From NCBI GenBank assembly GCA_965215015.1, contig OZ244042.1, positions 5,856,001-5,920,000 of the forward strand: 64,000 nucleotides of DNA, read 5' to 3'. The position numbers were made by a program, and so were the translations under genes. Positions 10,238-20,273 of the stretch are shown one piece after another. This DNA is from Candidatus Poribacteria bacterium (GTDB lineage Bacteria > Poribacteria > WGA-4E > PCPOR2b). The notes beneath the pieces were generated by a model. The model saw nothing but the letters and a program-made list of their open reading frames with translations, did not search any database and was not told the origin of the DNA. The stretch's first letter is position 1; each line of letters starts with the position of its first letter.

Positions 10238-11901
10238 CTTGGGATTACTGGTAATGTAATGTGAGAAGGATATTGTGCGTTATGATAGATTGTCTGGTGT
10301 GCTACCTGCATTTCGGCGTCTACCCCCGGCGTGTGACCGGTGTTCTGATTCCGATCAAAGCGTGGGAAGTTGCTACTGGAGACTTCGACGCGAATTTGGT
10401 GCCCCGCCTTGAAGAGGTTGCTTGTTTCCCAGAGTACAATCTCGTATGCGTAGATAGCATCGGGCTCGATCAACGTCGGCTCTTCATAAGACTCACGGAA
10501 TCGTGCCCGCACAATGCCTTCGCAGATGTTAATCGCCTTCCCTCCCGGATGCACATCAACGAGTGTCGCAGTAAAGTCCGTATCCGGCGCAGTGGAAGCA
10601 GCATAAAGCGTCAACTCAATCTGCCCTGTGACCTCCAAATCCTCGGTGAGCGAGGGGGTGGAGTACACCAATATATCGTCTCGGCGTTCCACAGATCGCC
10701 GATCCTGTGGACCCGTATTATCAATAAACATGCTCTGACCGCCCACGGTGGGGACAGGATTTTCGGGGTCGTAGGTGAAAGAATCTGCGGGTTCATTCTG
10801 TGGCGGTTGAGCGGTCAGTCCACCGTCGCCGTGGAGGGAATTGGCGCGTCCCCCACTGTGAAGGTAAAATTGGGTATATCGCGTCCGCGCGAGGGGCCAC
10901 TCATGCTCAGCCCGCCAGACGTTCTCCCCCATCACGAAGATTCGGATGGGGGGCTCATCGTCGATGCCGGTGTCAATTCCTTTTAGCCGTTGATCATACC
11001 AATGCAGATGAGCCCCCGGAATATCCACCGCGGCGTTTGGTCCAAAATCGATATCACCAAACGGTTCACCGCTACCAATTCCAGAGTGCGTCCACGGACC
11101 GACCAACAGTTTTGTTTGCCCTCTAACTTCCGGGGTACGAGCTTGTGTCGTCCAACCGGTGAAACACTTGAAGCCTTCGTGAACGAGATTATCGTACCAC
11201 CCGGTGATAAAATATGCGGGCGTTTCGACTTCAGCGTACCTGTACTTCATGCTGTAGGATTTCCAGAAATCGTCAAAGGCGTTGTGTCGAATCACCTCCC
11301 TATAGAACGGGCGATCACCGATGCTGTCGAGGGCGGAAATCAATGGCAATCTCCGATAAACCTCCTCCCAATCAATTAAATCTCTCGGTGCGTTCTGGTT
11401 TGTGCGGTCGCCAAGCCAGATGAAGTTCATGGCGTTCTGGAGCTGCAGCACACCGTTATATCGTATGTGCCCATAATTGTCCTCCTGGTTGGCAATCGGG
11501 ACGAGTGCCTTGACGTATGGACTCCGAAGAGCCGCCGGCAAAATCTGCGTAAATCCGGGATAAGAAACACCGAAAGTTCCGATATTTCCATCGCACCAAG
11601 GCTGTGCACCTAACCACTGTTGTGTGTCGTAGCCGTCGTTGGTTTCGTCAATGTAGGGGTGCCACACTCCCTCTGAATCGTAGCGTCCGCGGGAGTCCTG
11701 CATCACCACGGCGTAGCCGTTTTGTGCGAAACGCACCGCCCAATCCACATAGCGCGGATGTTGGGTGCTGTAGGGGGATCGGATAAGCAGCACCGGGAAT
11801 TTATCGCCAGTTGGGGGACGGTACAAGGCACCGTAAAGCCGAACGCCATCGCGCATGGGGATTTTGAGGTCCAACTGGATACGGATATCGAGGTTGGGCA
11901 T
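10234..11901 (-). CDS. CocE/NonD family serine hydrolase (peptidase S15)
   Basis: IPMRDGVRL, RSPY, GRYDSEG, nucleophile motif GVSYPG, VGPWTH, SSSNFPRFDRN; 4-bp overlap with the hyuA-like gene. Confidence 0.93.
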   Translation of the reverse strand: MPNLDIRIQLDLKIPMRDGVRLYGALYRPPTGDKFPVLLIRSPYSTQHPRYVDWAVRFAQNGYAVVMQDSRGRYDSEGVWHPYIDETNDGYDTQQWLGAQPWCDGNIGTFGVSYPGFTQILPAALRSPYVKALVPIANQEDNYGHIRYNGVLQLQNAMNFIWLGDRTNQNAPRDLIDWEEVYRRLPLISALDSIGDRPFYREVIRHNAFDDFWKSYSMKYRYAEVETPAYFITGWYDNLVHEGFKCFTGWTTQARTPEVRGQTKLLVGPWTHSGIGSGEPFGDIDFGPNAAVDIPGAHLHWYDQRLKGIDTGIDDEPPIRIFVMGENVWRAEHEWPLARTRYTQFYLHSGGRANSLHGDGGLTAQPPQNEPADSFTYDPENPVPTVGGQSMFIDNTGPQDRRSVERRDDILVYSTPSLTEDLEVTGQIELTLYAASTAPDTDFTATLVDVHPGGKAINICEGIVRARFRESYEEPTLIEPDAIYAYEIVLWETSNLFKAGHQIRVEVSSSNFPRFDRNQNTGHTPGVDAEMQVAHQTIYHNAQYPSHITLPVIPR

Positions 11902-12465
11902 AAAATACTCCCTTCACCTTCTAAAAAAATGTCTGAATCAGGATACTCAGACTGAGAGGATTAACAGGGTTTAGGAGTTACGCACTTGAGTTTGTAGGCA
12001 CGCTCCGCGCCCCCTCCCCCTGCTTGCGGGGGGTTAGGGGGGTGGAGATTCTTAGGGAGTCGACATACGCCGTATGCCGTCCCCCCTAAGAACGAGGTTC
12101 AGCCTGCCAAAATTATAGCATACTTCCCCTATAGAACGGACAAAAAAGTGTTGAACAGATGCGGTAACTATTAACCTTTAGCGTGAGTTGGTAAGGTTGT
12201 CGTTTCCACATCGTTCAACAGTTCATCAGTTCATTAAAGAAGAATTCATTTGTACATTTAGGACTTATGCAGTTGAACCCTCGACGCCTTGTCGGTCAAG
12301 ATACATATCTCGACGCCTAAATGTCCATAGTCTCGATTTGCCAAAATTGACAGACAGAAGGCCTATGTTGATGCATTTGGCAGTTTAGGCAACCCCGATT
12401 TCAGCGAGGGAAGGGGCGACAGCATACGGAGTATGCCTACGACTGATCGGTTATTAATGCGAATA

Positions 12466-13356
12466 TCATGTAATCTGATCCAACTCCTGACGCAGGGACG
12501 ATGGCAGCGGCCCCATTTCCGACGCTTGGGCAACATCCTCAAGTTCAGCGATATTGGCCGCGCCACTGGAAACTGTCGTTACCCTCGAATCCGTAAGGAT
12601 GTATTGGAAGGCGTTCTGTGCGAGCGTTCCCGGTATGTCCTGAAGTCGTTCGATGATGCGCTGGACGCTTTTCTGTTCTACTTCATCGGCTATACCCGCT
12701 ACCACCTGCAGCCGCCGGGGTTCGTCGGCGAACAAACCACCCGCCAAGGGAGTGGCGACAACGACCCCCATATTGTGAGCAGCTGCCATCGGGATAACCG
12801 CTTTTGTTGCCCTTTGCGAGCAGGGGTGATAGTCATGGTACACTAACATTGTATCGAATTCTCCGGTGTCTGCGAGTTTTACCAAGAGTGGGATGGCTCT
12901 GCCCGTGATTCCGATTCTTTCGCAAAGTCCACGTTTCTGTGCTTCCTTCAAGCCCTCAAGCGTTCCGCCCGGTTCCGTGATTCGTTCCCAAGCCGCCATG
13001 TTGACCTCATGGATCTGGGCCGTGGACAATTTTGGGATGCACAGCCGCTGCAGGCTCCGTTCGATGCTCCAAAGGACGCTGTCGCGACGGTAGTCAAAGT
13101 TCGGGGGATCATAACCGACTTTGGTGGCCACATAAAAGTGTTCCGCTATACCTTCGAGCGCACCGCCCAACAGTTCCTCGCTCTTGCTGTAAAGTGGGGC
13201 GGTGTCGATGTAGTTAATTCCCAATTCGAGTGCGCGCTTCACCACTTCGTTGGTACTCTCTTGGGCGCGTTCAGGATTATTTCCCATCAGGTACGCGCCA
13301 CCGAGACTGATTTCGCTGATCTGCCAACCTGTTCTCCCCATCGTTCGGTATTTCAT
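12466..13356 (-). CDS. aldo/keto reductase
   Basis: MKYRTMGRTG, GINYIDTAPLY, VATKVG, SIERSLQRL, PLAGG. Confidence 0.92.
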   Translation of the reverse strand: MKYRTMGRTGWQISEISLGGAYLMGNNPERAQESTNEVVKRALELGINYIDTAPLYSKSEELLGGALEGIAEHFYVATKVGYDPPNFDYRRDSVLWSIERSLQRLCIPKLSTAQIHEVNMAAWERITEPGGTLEGLKEAQKRGLCERIGITGRAIPLLVKLADTGEFDTMLVYHDYHPCSQRATKAVIPMAAAHNMGVVVATPLAGGLFADEPRRLQVVAGIADEVEQKSVQRIIERLQDIPGTLAQNAFQYILTDSRVTTVSSGAANIAELEDVAQASEMGPLPSSLRQELDQIT

Positions 13357-13514
13357 TGTTTACCTCTCAGTTACTATGTTCATTGACAGTTCTGACTCAT
13401 GTTAAGACATCGTGCAACAGAACCTCCTCTAACTCCCTGCAAGCGAAGGAGCCCCCCGCCTTCGGGGGATTACAGGGGGGGCTCGGTTTCTCTTTGCGTT
13501 TTGACTTTCTTTTT

Positions 13515-14426
13515 CTATAAACCACAGTCGGGCGCGGGCCAGGGGTGACCTTTCTCTGTCGCATCAATCATCTTTTGCAACTTGTCGGTGACGTATTGGG
13601 TGTGGATGGCGATGAGTGCCTCACCTTTCTCTACACTGGCAAGCAAGGCGTTTTCTTGGCGGGCGCGGTCACGAGGATTTTCCGGATTCGGCCCTCCCTG
13701 TGGCCAACCCTCCCCGGAAAAGGGTTCGAGATACGCTTTGACTTCGGGCGATAGATTATGGGCGTAATCCAAGTTGGCAGCGTCATACGCTGCCATCGTA
13801 AAGGCACGCACCCGTTGGGGGAACGCCGCTAACATCACGGATGTTTCGTCCTCTGAGGCGTGGTTCAGCGCAGTTTGTCGCGCCACCGTGTCCAGCTTGC
13901 CGGCTTTCAAATCTCTGTAACCTTGGAGGATGGTTTCCCGGTCCTCGTCCGTGAGCCCCATCCAGTACGACTCCTCATCCATCGTGATACCCAGGTCTTG
14001 CCGCCACGCTGGCAACACCTCCTGAAGCAATCCGTGGTTGCCTCCATGACCGTTAACGACCAGAATCGTACGAATGCCATGCGTTTTCAGGCTCTGTGCG
14101 ATATCGAAGATATATGCCCGCAGCGTCTCTTTGCGTAGCGTCAGTGTCCCCTTCCGCGCCATGTGGTACGGGGAGTAGCCCACAGGACAGGGTGGAGCGA
14201 CAGTGACTTGGGGGTAGAGCCGCAAGGCGGCCTGCTGGGAGATGAACATGGACAGGGCAATATCTAGGTCAAGGCTCAGGTGTTCGTTGTGCTGCTCGGT
14301 CGCACCGATGGGGATGATGGCGGCTTTCAATTTCCCACACTGCAACGCTTCCCGAATCTCCTTTCGGGTGCATTCCCCTAGCATGACTCTGTAGGGGTTG
14401 ACGTATCGGTTTCCCGCGTTTGCCAT
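13515..14426 (-). CDS. creatininase family amidohydrolase
   Basis: IPIGATEQHNEH, VNGHGGN, HASEDETS metal motifs. Confidence 0.85.
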   Translation of the reverse strand: MANAGNRYVNPYRVMLGECTRKEIREALQCGKLKAAIIPIGATEQHNEHLSLDLDIALSMFISQQAALRLYPQVTVAPPCPVGYSPYHMARKGTLTLRKETLRAYIFDIAQSLKTHGIRTILVVNGHGGNHGLLQEVLPAWRQDLGITMDEESYWMGLTDEDRETILQGYRDLKAGKLDTVARQTALNHASEDETSVMLAAFPQRVRAFTMAAYDAANLDYAHNLSPEVKAYLEPFSGEGWPQGGPNPENPRDRARQENALLASVEKGEALIAIHTQYVTDKLQKMIDATEKGHPWPAPDCGL

Positions 14427-14429
14427 AGT

Positions 14430-15695
14430 TTAGGCTCCTTTATTCCTCTCTAGCTGTCGCACGGTACTGCCCCCTTGCACGGCGTCATAGAGCTCCTTGA
14501 ACGCATCGCTTCCGTCGTCGGGAACGGCTTCCAGAGAGGAGCCTCTCTCGCAAGTCGGCATGGCGTCGTTCGGATAGACCGCGTGGAGTTCCTGCTTGCC
14601 GCAACCGTAGTAGGTAGTCTCCCCACTTGCGCGGGTATAGCGATAGATGTGACAGGGCGGATCTACAAAGGAGTAGTCCACCTTGTATTTCTGCACGGCT
14701 TCTTGGTCAACCTCCATGCCGATGCCCGGCTTTTCCGGTACACGATAGAAACCGCCGCGCAACTCGATGGGTTCTGTGATGAGTTGGCTCTTCCAAATGT
14801 TCATGCAGGTAATCGCGGGCCACTTCGCTTGGGCACATACGGCACCGAGGTGGGCTGCCCATGTTGTGGTGATACCGGTGCCGACGAGTTGCAACCAGAA
14901 GGGTTTGTTCGCTTCCTCACAAACGGTCGCCTGCTTCAGCAGACGATGGGCACCGGCACAAATAACGAAACCATCTGCTACATCTTCCTGCAGCGTGGTC
15001 AGGATGGGCGGGGAACCGTAGTGCATCGCCACAGGGCGGTTGATACGTTGGCGGATCTGTTTGTTCCCAGCGACATCATCCTGTGGAATCGGGGTTTCGA
15101 TCATGGCGACCTGCTCGTACTGTTCAAGGGTCTTAAGAAATTCGACAGCGTTGGCTGCATTCGCCAAGGTTGCATTGAAGTCCAGATCCAGCTTGAACTG
15201 CGAGGGCACATCGTTGATGATGGCACCGATTGCTGCGTGCAGATCGTACCAAGTCCGTGCTTTGAGTTTGGAGGACATATAGCCCTGCTCCGCCGCATCG
15301 GCGCACTGTTGTGCCCAATCTTTCGGAGGCATGTCCATCGCCCACCAAGAGAGCGGGCACCATTCTCGGACTTTCGTACCCAGAAGACGATAAGCAGGCG
15401 TATTCAACGATTTGCCTACTGCGTCAAAGAGCGCGATTTGCACGCCGGCACCCAAACCGTCCTCCCACAGCAGATCACCCGCCTCACGCCCCACGATTCG
15501 TTCTTCGATATCATCAGACACCCTCGCCCAGGTGTAGTTGGGAATGGTCTCGCCCCAACCGACCACGCCGTTGTCGAGGGTGAGCTTGCAAATCTGGACA
15601 ATATGCCAGTGTGGCAGCCAATACTGCATGTGTTCGTTGGTGTGCGGTGTGAAGGGAACGTCCAAGTAAGTAAGTTCAATATCGGTGATTTTCAT
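14430..15695 (-). CDS. mandelate racemase/muconate lactonizing enzyme (enolase superfamily)
   Basis: MKITDIE, GVVGWGE, ALFDAVGK...YRLLG, KLK, DFN, IETP, PGIGMEVD. Confidence 0.88.
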   Translation of the reverse strand: MKITDIELTYLDVPFTPHTNEHMQYWLPHWHIVQICKLTLDNGVVGWGETIPNYTWARVSDDIEERIVGREAGDLLWEDGLGAGVQIALFDAVGKSLNTPAYRLLGTKVREWCPLSWWAMDMPPKDWAQQCADAAEQGYMSSKLKARTWYDLHAAIGAIINDVPSQFKLDLDFNATLANAANAVEFLKTLEQYEQVAMIETPIPQDDVAGNKQIRQRINRPVAMHYGSPPILTTLQEDVADGFVICAGAHRLLKQATVCEEANKPFWLQLVGTGITTTWAAHLGAVCAQAKWPAITCMNIWKSQLITEPIELRGGFYRVPEKPGIGMEVDQEAVQKYKVDYSFVDPPCHIYRYTRASGETTYYGCGKQELHAVYPNDAMPTCERGSSLEAVPDDGSDAFKELYDAVQGGSTVRQLERNKGA

Positions 15696-15749
15696 GATAG
15701 TATCCTCCCATTGAGATTTTATGCACTTGTGTGATGATCAAAACAGATT

Positions 15750-15930
15750 TAGGAGTTACGCCCTTGAGTTTGTAGGCGCGCTCCGCGCCCCTTCCCCCCG
15801 CAAGCGGGGGGAAGGGGTGTAAGCAGGGGGAGGGGAGGCAGAGCGTGCCGACACCTGTCGGATGAACTGCAGTTGCACGATTCATCGGGCGGCGTGAGTC
15901 GTATAGACACCAACACTGTCGTGCAACAGT
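15750..15930. repeat. inverted copy of the 7204-7401 composite repeat
   Basis: Both ends align with 7204-7290 and 7370-7401. Confidence 0.75.
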
Positions 15931-15971
15931 GGAGAGCCGACACTGTTGCACAATGTTCCGTCTGACCTATC

Positions 15972-16868
15972 TTAACGGTTAAAGAAAAAATCTTCCGCTG
16001 TCTTGAAAAGAATTTGCTCTTTGTCCGAATCACTTAAAAAATCAGCGTGGTCGTTGATGAGCGCAATTGCCGCGAGGAAATCGATATGGGGGTCACTCAT
16101 TACCACGGGACCCCCGCTGTCGCTTTCCCACATACATCGCTCTGGACCAAAAGCGTCTACCACCCGCCGAATCAGTGGCAAGAGATCCAGATACGGAGCC
16201 TTCCCATCTCCCAACGTTTGGAAGGGACCCAGCTTGACCATCACGCGCTTGTGTCTTGCCATATCGCAGAGCATTTTGATATCTTCTTCAGGGAAGACAC
16301 CGTCTCGCATCCTCACCCCGCAGACATGATCCAAAATCACAGGGGTTTCTGGAAAACGGGTGCACATTCGATCCAAGTCCGGCAAATCATCAAGCCCCAT
16401 CAAGAAACTCAGGGCGAGGTTGTGCGCTGCCCCCGCTGCAAACATCTGCTCGTACCCCGGATAGTCGAGCCACCGCGTAACATCACCTATCGGCATACGC
16501 GCGCTCTTGCCGCCACGCACACGGAAGGCATAGATGCCCCGACAGGATAACGCGATCATCGTTTTATCCGGACTGGCAAGCGACACATCCGTCACCGCTG
16601 GCACAATGCCCGTTCCTACAAATGTGTCTGGGGCACTGGCGATCAGGTCTATGATGTAACTGTGGTCCAGACCGTACCAAGTCATCTGGACGAGGTTTAT
16701 CCGGACTTTGCCGACCGAACGACTGTACTCGAAATGCTGCGCCGGGGTAAAGGAAGGCAGCCATAGATCGCTCGGGTCGAAACCGGGGGCCAGTGGATAA
16801 CTTTCAAAGTCGTCTGTCCAAACGTGAATATGTGCGTCAATGACTTTATCCTGTATTGTTATACCCAT
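15972..16868 (-). CDS. amidohydrolase_2 family (lactonase-like)
   Basis: IDAHIHVW, VILDH, VMVKL, FGPERCMWESD, ILFKTA. Confidence 0.88.
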   Translation of the reverse strand: MGITIQDKVIDAHIHVWTDDFESYPLAPGFDPSDLWLPSFTPAQHFEYSRSVGKVRINLVQMTWYGLDHSYIIDLIASAPDTFVGTGIVPAVTDVSLASPDKTMIALSCRGIYAFRVRGGKSARMPIGDVTRWLDYPGYEQMFAAGAAHNLALSFLMGLDDLPDLDRMCTRFPETPVILDHVCGVRMRDGVFPEEDIKMLCDMARHKRVMVKLGPFQTLGDGKAPYLDLLPLIRRVVDAFGPERCMWESDSGGPVVMSDPHIDFLAAIALINDHADFLSDSDKEQILFKTAEDFFFNR

Positions 16869-17030
16869 TCGCTTTTCTTACCCTTTGCTTTGTGATAGTT
16901 TATACCTCTTCCGGATCCGCTCATGGATAGGTGTGCTTCCGCTTCATTTGATGGATGACTCTAAAATATTATCGAGGGTTCCGACCTGAAAGCGTCAACT
17001 AATTCTCGAACCCCTCTCGTTTTAACTTAT

Positions 17031-17060
17031 TTGACCAAGCGACGTGAAAACTGGTATATT
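17031..17060 (+). promoter_or_regulatory. putative sigma70 promoter for the sigma4/TBDR genes
   Basis: TTGACC-18 nt-TATATT with TG one base upstream of the -10. Confidence 0.45.
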
Positions 17061-17174
17061 TCTTGAGATGTTATCACAAATTCCAGTGGGAAGCCATGAA
17101 AAACTTGAAAAGAAAAACAGTTGTCCAATGAACCATTTTAGTCTACCCAACACTAAATGGGATAGGAGGACATT

Positions 17175-17408
17175 GTGGCAACGGCTCTTCTCTTTCAAGA
17201 GAGAATGGCGGTTGTTCGGGACGCAATCTCGGAACTCCCTCTGATTCATCAGCAAGTGATTTGGTTATTCTACATCGGAGCACTCTCGATGAAGAAAATC
17301 GCGGCAAGACTCAGCATTAGGAAAGGGATGGTTAAAAGCCGTCTATATCACGCCAGAGAACAGCTGGCGCCCCGCCTGGCTCCCTACTTCATCGAGGATT
17401 CGTGTTGA
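17175..17408 (+). CDS. stand-alone sigma70 region 4 (ECF-type HTH) small protein or truncated ECF sigma
   Basis: AISELP...LFY..LSMKKIAARLSIRKGMVKSRLYHAREQL is an ECF region 4.2 pattern; AGGAGG RBS before GTG. Confidence 0.7.
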   Translation: MATALLFQERMAVVRDAISELPLIHQQVIWLFYIGALSMKKIAARLSIRKGMVKSRLYHAREQLAPRLAPYFIEDSC

Positions 17409-17434
17409 TACCAAAATAGAACAGAAAGGCTAGG

Positions 17435-19948
17435 TTGAAAAACAAAATAGTGAAACATTCCTTGCTAAGATGGACGACGAGTTTACATCTGTTCTCTGTC
17501 TCCCTGTTGCTAGCTTTGGTGCTGCCCCTCGCAGCACTATCTCAAACCGGGACGATTGAAGGTTCCGTCTATGATGGAAGCACCAACGCCCCGGTAGTCG
17601 GCGCAGAAGTCAATCTCCTGGGAACCGATGAACGCCAAACAACTGACACGGAAGGCAAATTCTGGTTTATAGAAATCACCCCAGGCACCTACACCGTGTC
17701 AATAACCCACACAATGTACAGCACTCCTACGGAAACCGATATAGAGGTAAACGCAGGGCGTACCACCCAAGTAAAGCTGTACCTCGGTGAAGTGCTCATG
17801 CTAGAGGAAGTTATTGTTGAGGGGGAACGTCTCCCGCCAACGATTAGTCGAAAAGACATCCGTGGGAGCGAACTGAGACGCCTGCCCGGCGTCGCTAATG
17901 ACGCCCTCAAAGGGCTGACGACACTTCCGAGCGTCGGTGTCCCCAATGATTATTTCGGTATTCTCTATATCCGTGGAAGTGAGCCAGGATCTAACCTCTA
18001 CTATTTCGACCGGACACCGCTTGGGTATCCGTTTCACTGGGGTGGTCTTCTCTCAACCGTTAGCTCGGAAGTCATTGATAAAATTGACATCTATGCCGGC
18101 GGATACGGCGCAGAATTTGGATTAGATGCACAGGCTGTGCTAGACATCCACTCGCGCGATAGCCTAGAGAAACAGAAGAGCGGCAAATTTAACCTAAATA
18201 TCTTCTACTCTGAAGGGATGCTTGAACGCACAATTGGGGATGAGGGATACGCGTCTATTGCCGGACGACGGAGCTATATCGATCTCATTGTCGGACGATT
18301 CGTTGATGGACAGTTTCCCTATTTTTCAGATTATCAACTCAAATTCGCCTATCCTCTCGGTAAAAAGCATCGCCTAATGCTCAATGCCTTTGCGGCAACA
18401 GACCATTTCCACATTGAGGAAACGACATCTGTAGAAGCGCCGGAAGTGAGGAGGGACGGAAGTGAAGTGGAAGAAAGAACACGGACATTTGAAGGTGCGC
18501 GCACCTCTGCCTTTTTCAAAAATGGGTTTAACGCGCAAGGCATCCATCTCCGTTCAAATTTCACCGAAAATCTCACCTCTCAATTCTCGTTCACCCGTTC
18601 CTTCAATTTTCTCACTATCGACTTTGAGGCACCCATCACTGAGTCGTATGAATTTGATTCGGATGGAGAACTTATCCTTGAAGTAGACTACGTCCATTAT
18701 GATGTAAACATTAAGGTTCCGGTCTATACGCTTAGGGAAGACGTGTCCTACAGGTTAAACCTGCATCCTGATGATATGAGTAGTCAAAACACGCCGGCTG
18801 CGTTGGAAACAGGCTTCCTCATCTCCTTCAGTCCTGCCAATAGTTTCGAGGACAGCAGGATCCCACAATATGAAGAGCGCGGGGAGCCCGTAGAAACGGT
18901 TACTCCAATCGTTGAAGATGGAGAGATAGTAGGAGAAACCATTGTGTATGAACGGCAGCACGAGTTAGTCGGTATCACAGAGGGCAACTACGAATTCGGG
19001 CACAATTTCCGTCGCGCTGAAGGCTACTTGCAGGGGCGATATGACCCGTTACCCTTTCTATCCGGCGCGCTAGGGGTTCGGTTGGATTATCTAAGTGTGA
19101 CGGAGCAGCTCTCCATTCAACCGAGGGGAAGCTTAAGTTTTGTACTGCCGAGTGATTCCAACCTCCGACTCGCGTATGGATATTATGAACAGAGTCCACA
19201 ACCGCATCAGATACTGTCGGAAAACGGGAACCCCGCGTTAGAATCGAGCCTCGCTCGACACTATATCATGGAACTAGAACACGAACTTTCATCTCGAACG
19301 GAATTCAAGTTTGCGACCTATTACAAAGACATACAGAAATTGGTCACAACGGATGAGATAGCGAATTATCTTAATCAAGGTACTGCGTATGTTAGCGGCG
19401 TAGAGGCATTCCTGCGGCACCGTGTGCCAGATAAGTTCTTCGGTTGGATTTCGTATGCCTACACACACGCTGAGCGGCGCGAGAATCCGGAGGTTTCCTA
19501 TCAACCTTATTTTTTTGATAACACAAATATTGTTAGCATTGTTGCCAATTATAACTTCACACCCAAGTTTGAGATTGGCGCGAAGTGGCAGTATTTGAAC
19601 GGAACAACCGAAGTGCCAATCAGCTCTATCGTTCTCATTCAAGACCCAATCACACGCGGATTGAACCCGCTTTTGGCGAGCGTTGATGAATCCCTCACGG
19701 CCGAACTGACCCCGTACCACAAGTTGGATCTCCGGGTGGGTTACAAATTCGACTTTATGGGCTTACGGGTAGGCGGGTTCCTTGATATTCTGAACATCTA
19801 CAACCGGAAAAATACTGTGAAATTCGTCTTTACTCCGGACTCGCCGCTTGAAGTCCAAGGGGAAGAGGTAGAGATCGAAGAACCTGAAATCTTTGAAGAA
19901 CAGCAATTCCCACGTATCCCCTATATGGGTCTAACTGTTGAATTTTGA
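17435..19948 (+). CDS. TonB-dependent receptor with N-terminal carboxypeptidase-regulatory-like domain
   Basis: Signal peptide, GTIEGSVYD...PGTYTV domain, plug motifs (LPG, YIRGS, GGYGAEFG), LNIYN, C-terminal Phe beta-signal GLTVEF. Confidence 0.9.
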   Translation: MKNKIVKHSLLRWTTSLHLFSVSLLLALVLPLAALSQTGTIEGSVYDGSTNAPVVGAEVNLLGTDERQTTDTEGKFWFIEITPGTYTVSITHTMYSTPTETDIEVNAGRTTQVKLYLGEVLMLEEVIVEGERLPPTISRKDIRGSELRRLPGVANDALKGLTTLPSVGVPNDYFGILYIRGSEPGSNLYYFDRTPLGYPFHWGGLLSTVSSEVIDKIDIYAGGYGAEFGLDAQAVLDIHSRDSLEKQKSGKFNLNIFYSEGMLERTIGDEGYASIAGRRSYIDLIVGRFVDGQFPYFSDYQLKFAYPLGKKHRLMLNAFAATDHFHIEETTSVEAPEVRRDGSEVEERTRTFEGARTSAFFKNGFNAQGIHLRSNFTENLTSQFSFTRSFNFLTIDFEAPITESYEFDSDGELILEVDYVHYDVNIKVPVYTLREDVSYRLNLHPDDMSSQNTPAALETGFLISFSPANSFEDSRIPQYEERGEPVETVTPIVEDGEIVGETIVYERQHELVGITEGNYEFGHNFRRAEGYLQGRYDPLPFLSGALGVRLDYLSVTEQLSIQPRGSLSFVLPSDSNLRLAYGYYEQSPQPHQILSENGNPALESSLARHYIMELEHELSSRTEFKFATYYKDIQKLVTTDEIANYLNQGTAYVSGVEAFLRHRVPDKFFGWISYAYTHAERRENPEVSYQPYFFDNTNIVSIVANYNFTPKFEIGAKWQYLNGTTEVPISSIVLIQDPITRGLNPLLASVDESLTAELTPYHKLDLRVGYKFDFMGLRVGGFLDILNIYNRKNTVKFVFTPDSPLEVQGEEVEIEEPEIFEEQQFPRIPYMGLTVEF

Positions 19949-20273
19949 AGCCTCGCGGTTGAAAGAGAGAGGAGTTGAGGAAGCGAGGGGGCGGGAAAAC
20001 GGGATAAAATTAACCGCAGACGCGAAGAACGCAGAGATTTTTATGTTTTTCTCTGTGACCTCTGCGGCTCTGTGAAATGTAATCAAGCTTTCAACGCGCA
20101 ATAAATTGCGCTACTACGAACTAGAGAACAAAGCAGAAATATAGAATCACCCAGAAGACAGAGAAATCGCTAAAAGATTACAATAGGCGGCACGCCCCAC
20201 GGGCACGCCCCCTGCTGGCGGGGGATAGAGTTCTTAACATAAATGTCAACACGCCCTAGCAACTTGGGTGTAT

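Noticed and set aside
14475-15734. 419-aa plus-strand ORF and other long antisense ORFs (e.g. 10261-10986, 48032-48736)
   Set aside because: They shadow well-supported minus-strand genes and show no motifs.
20243-20259. IS5-like end (TAGGGCGTGTTGACATT on the minus strand) as the border of a transposon carrying the defence island
   Set aside because: No matching second end or transposase was found; probably a solitary MITE end.
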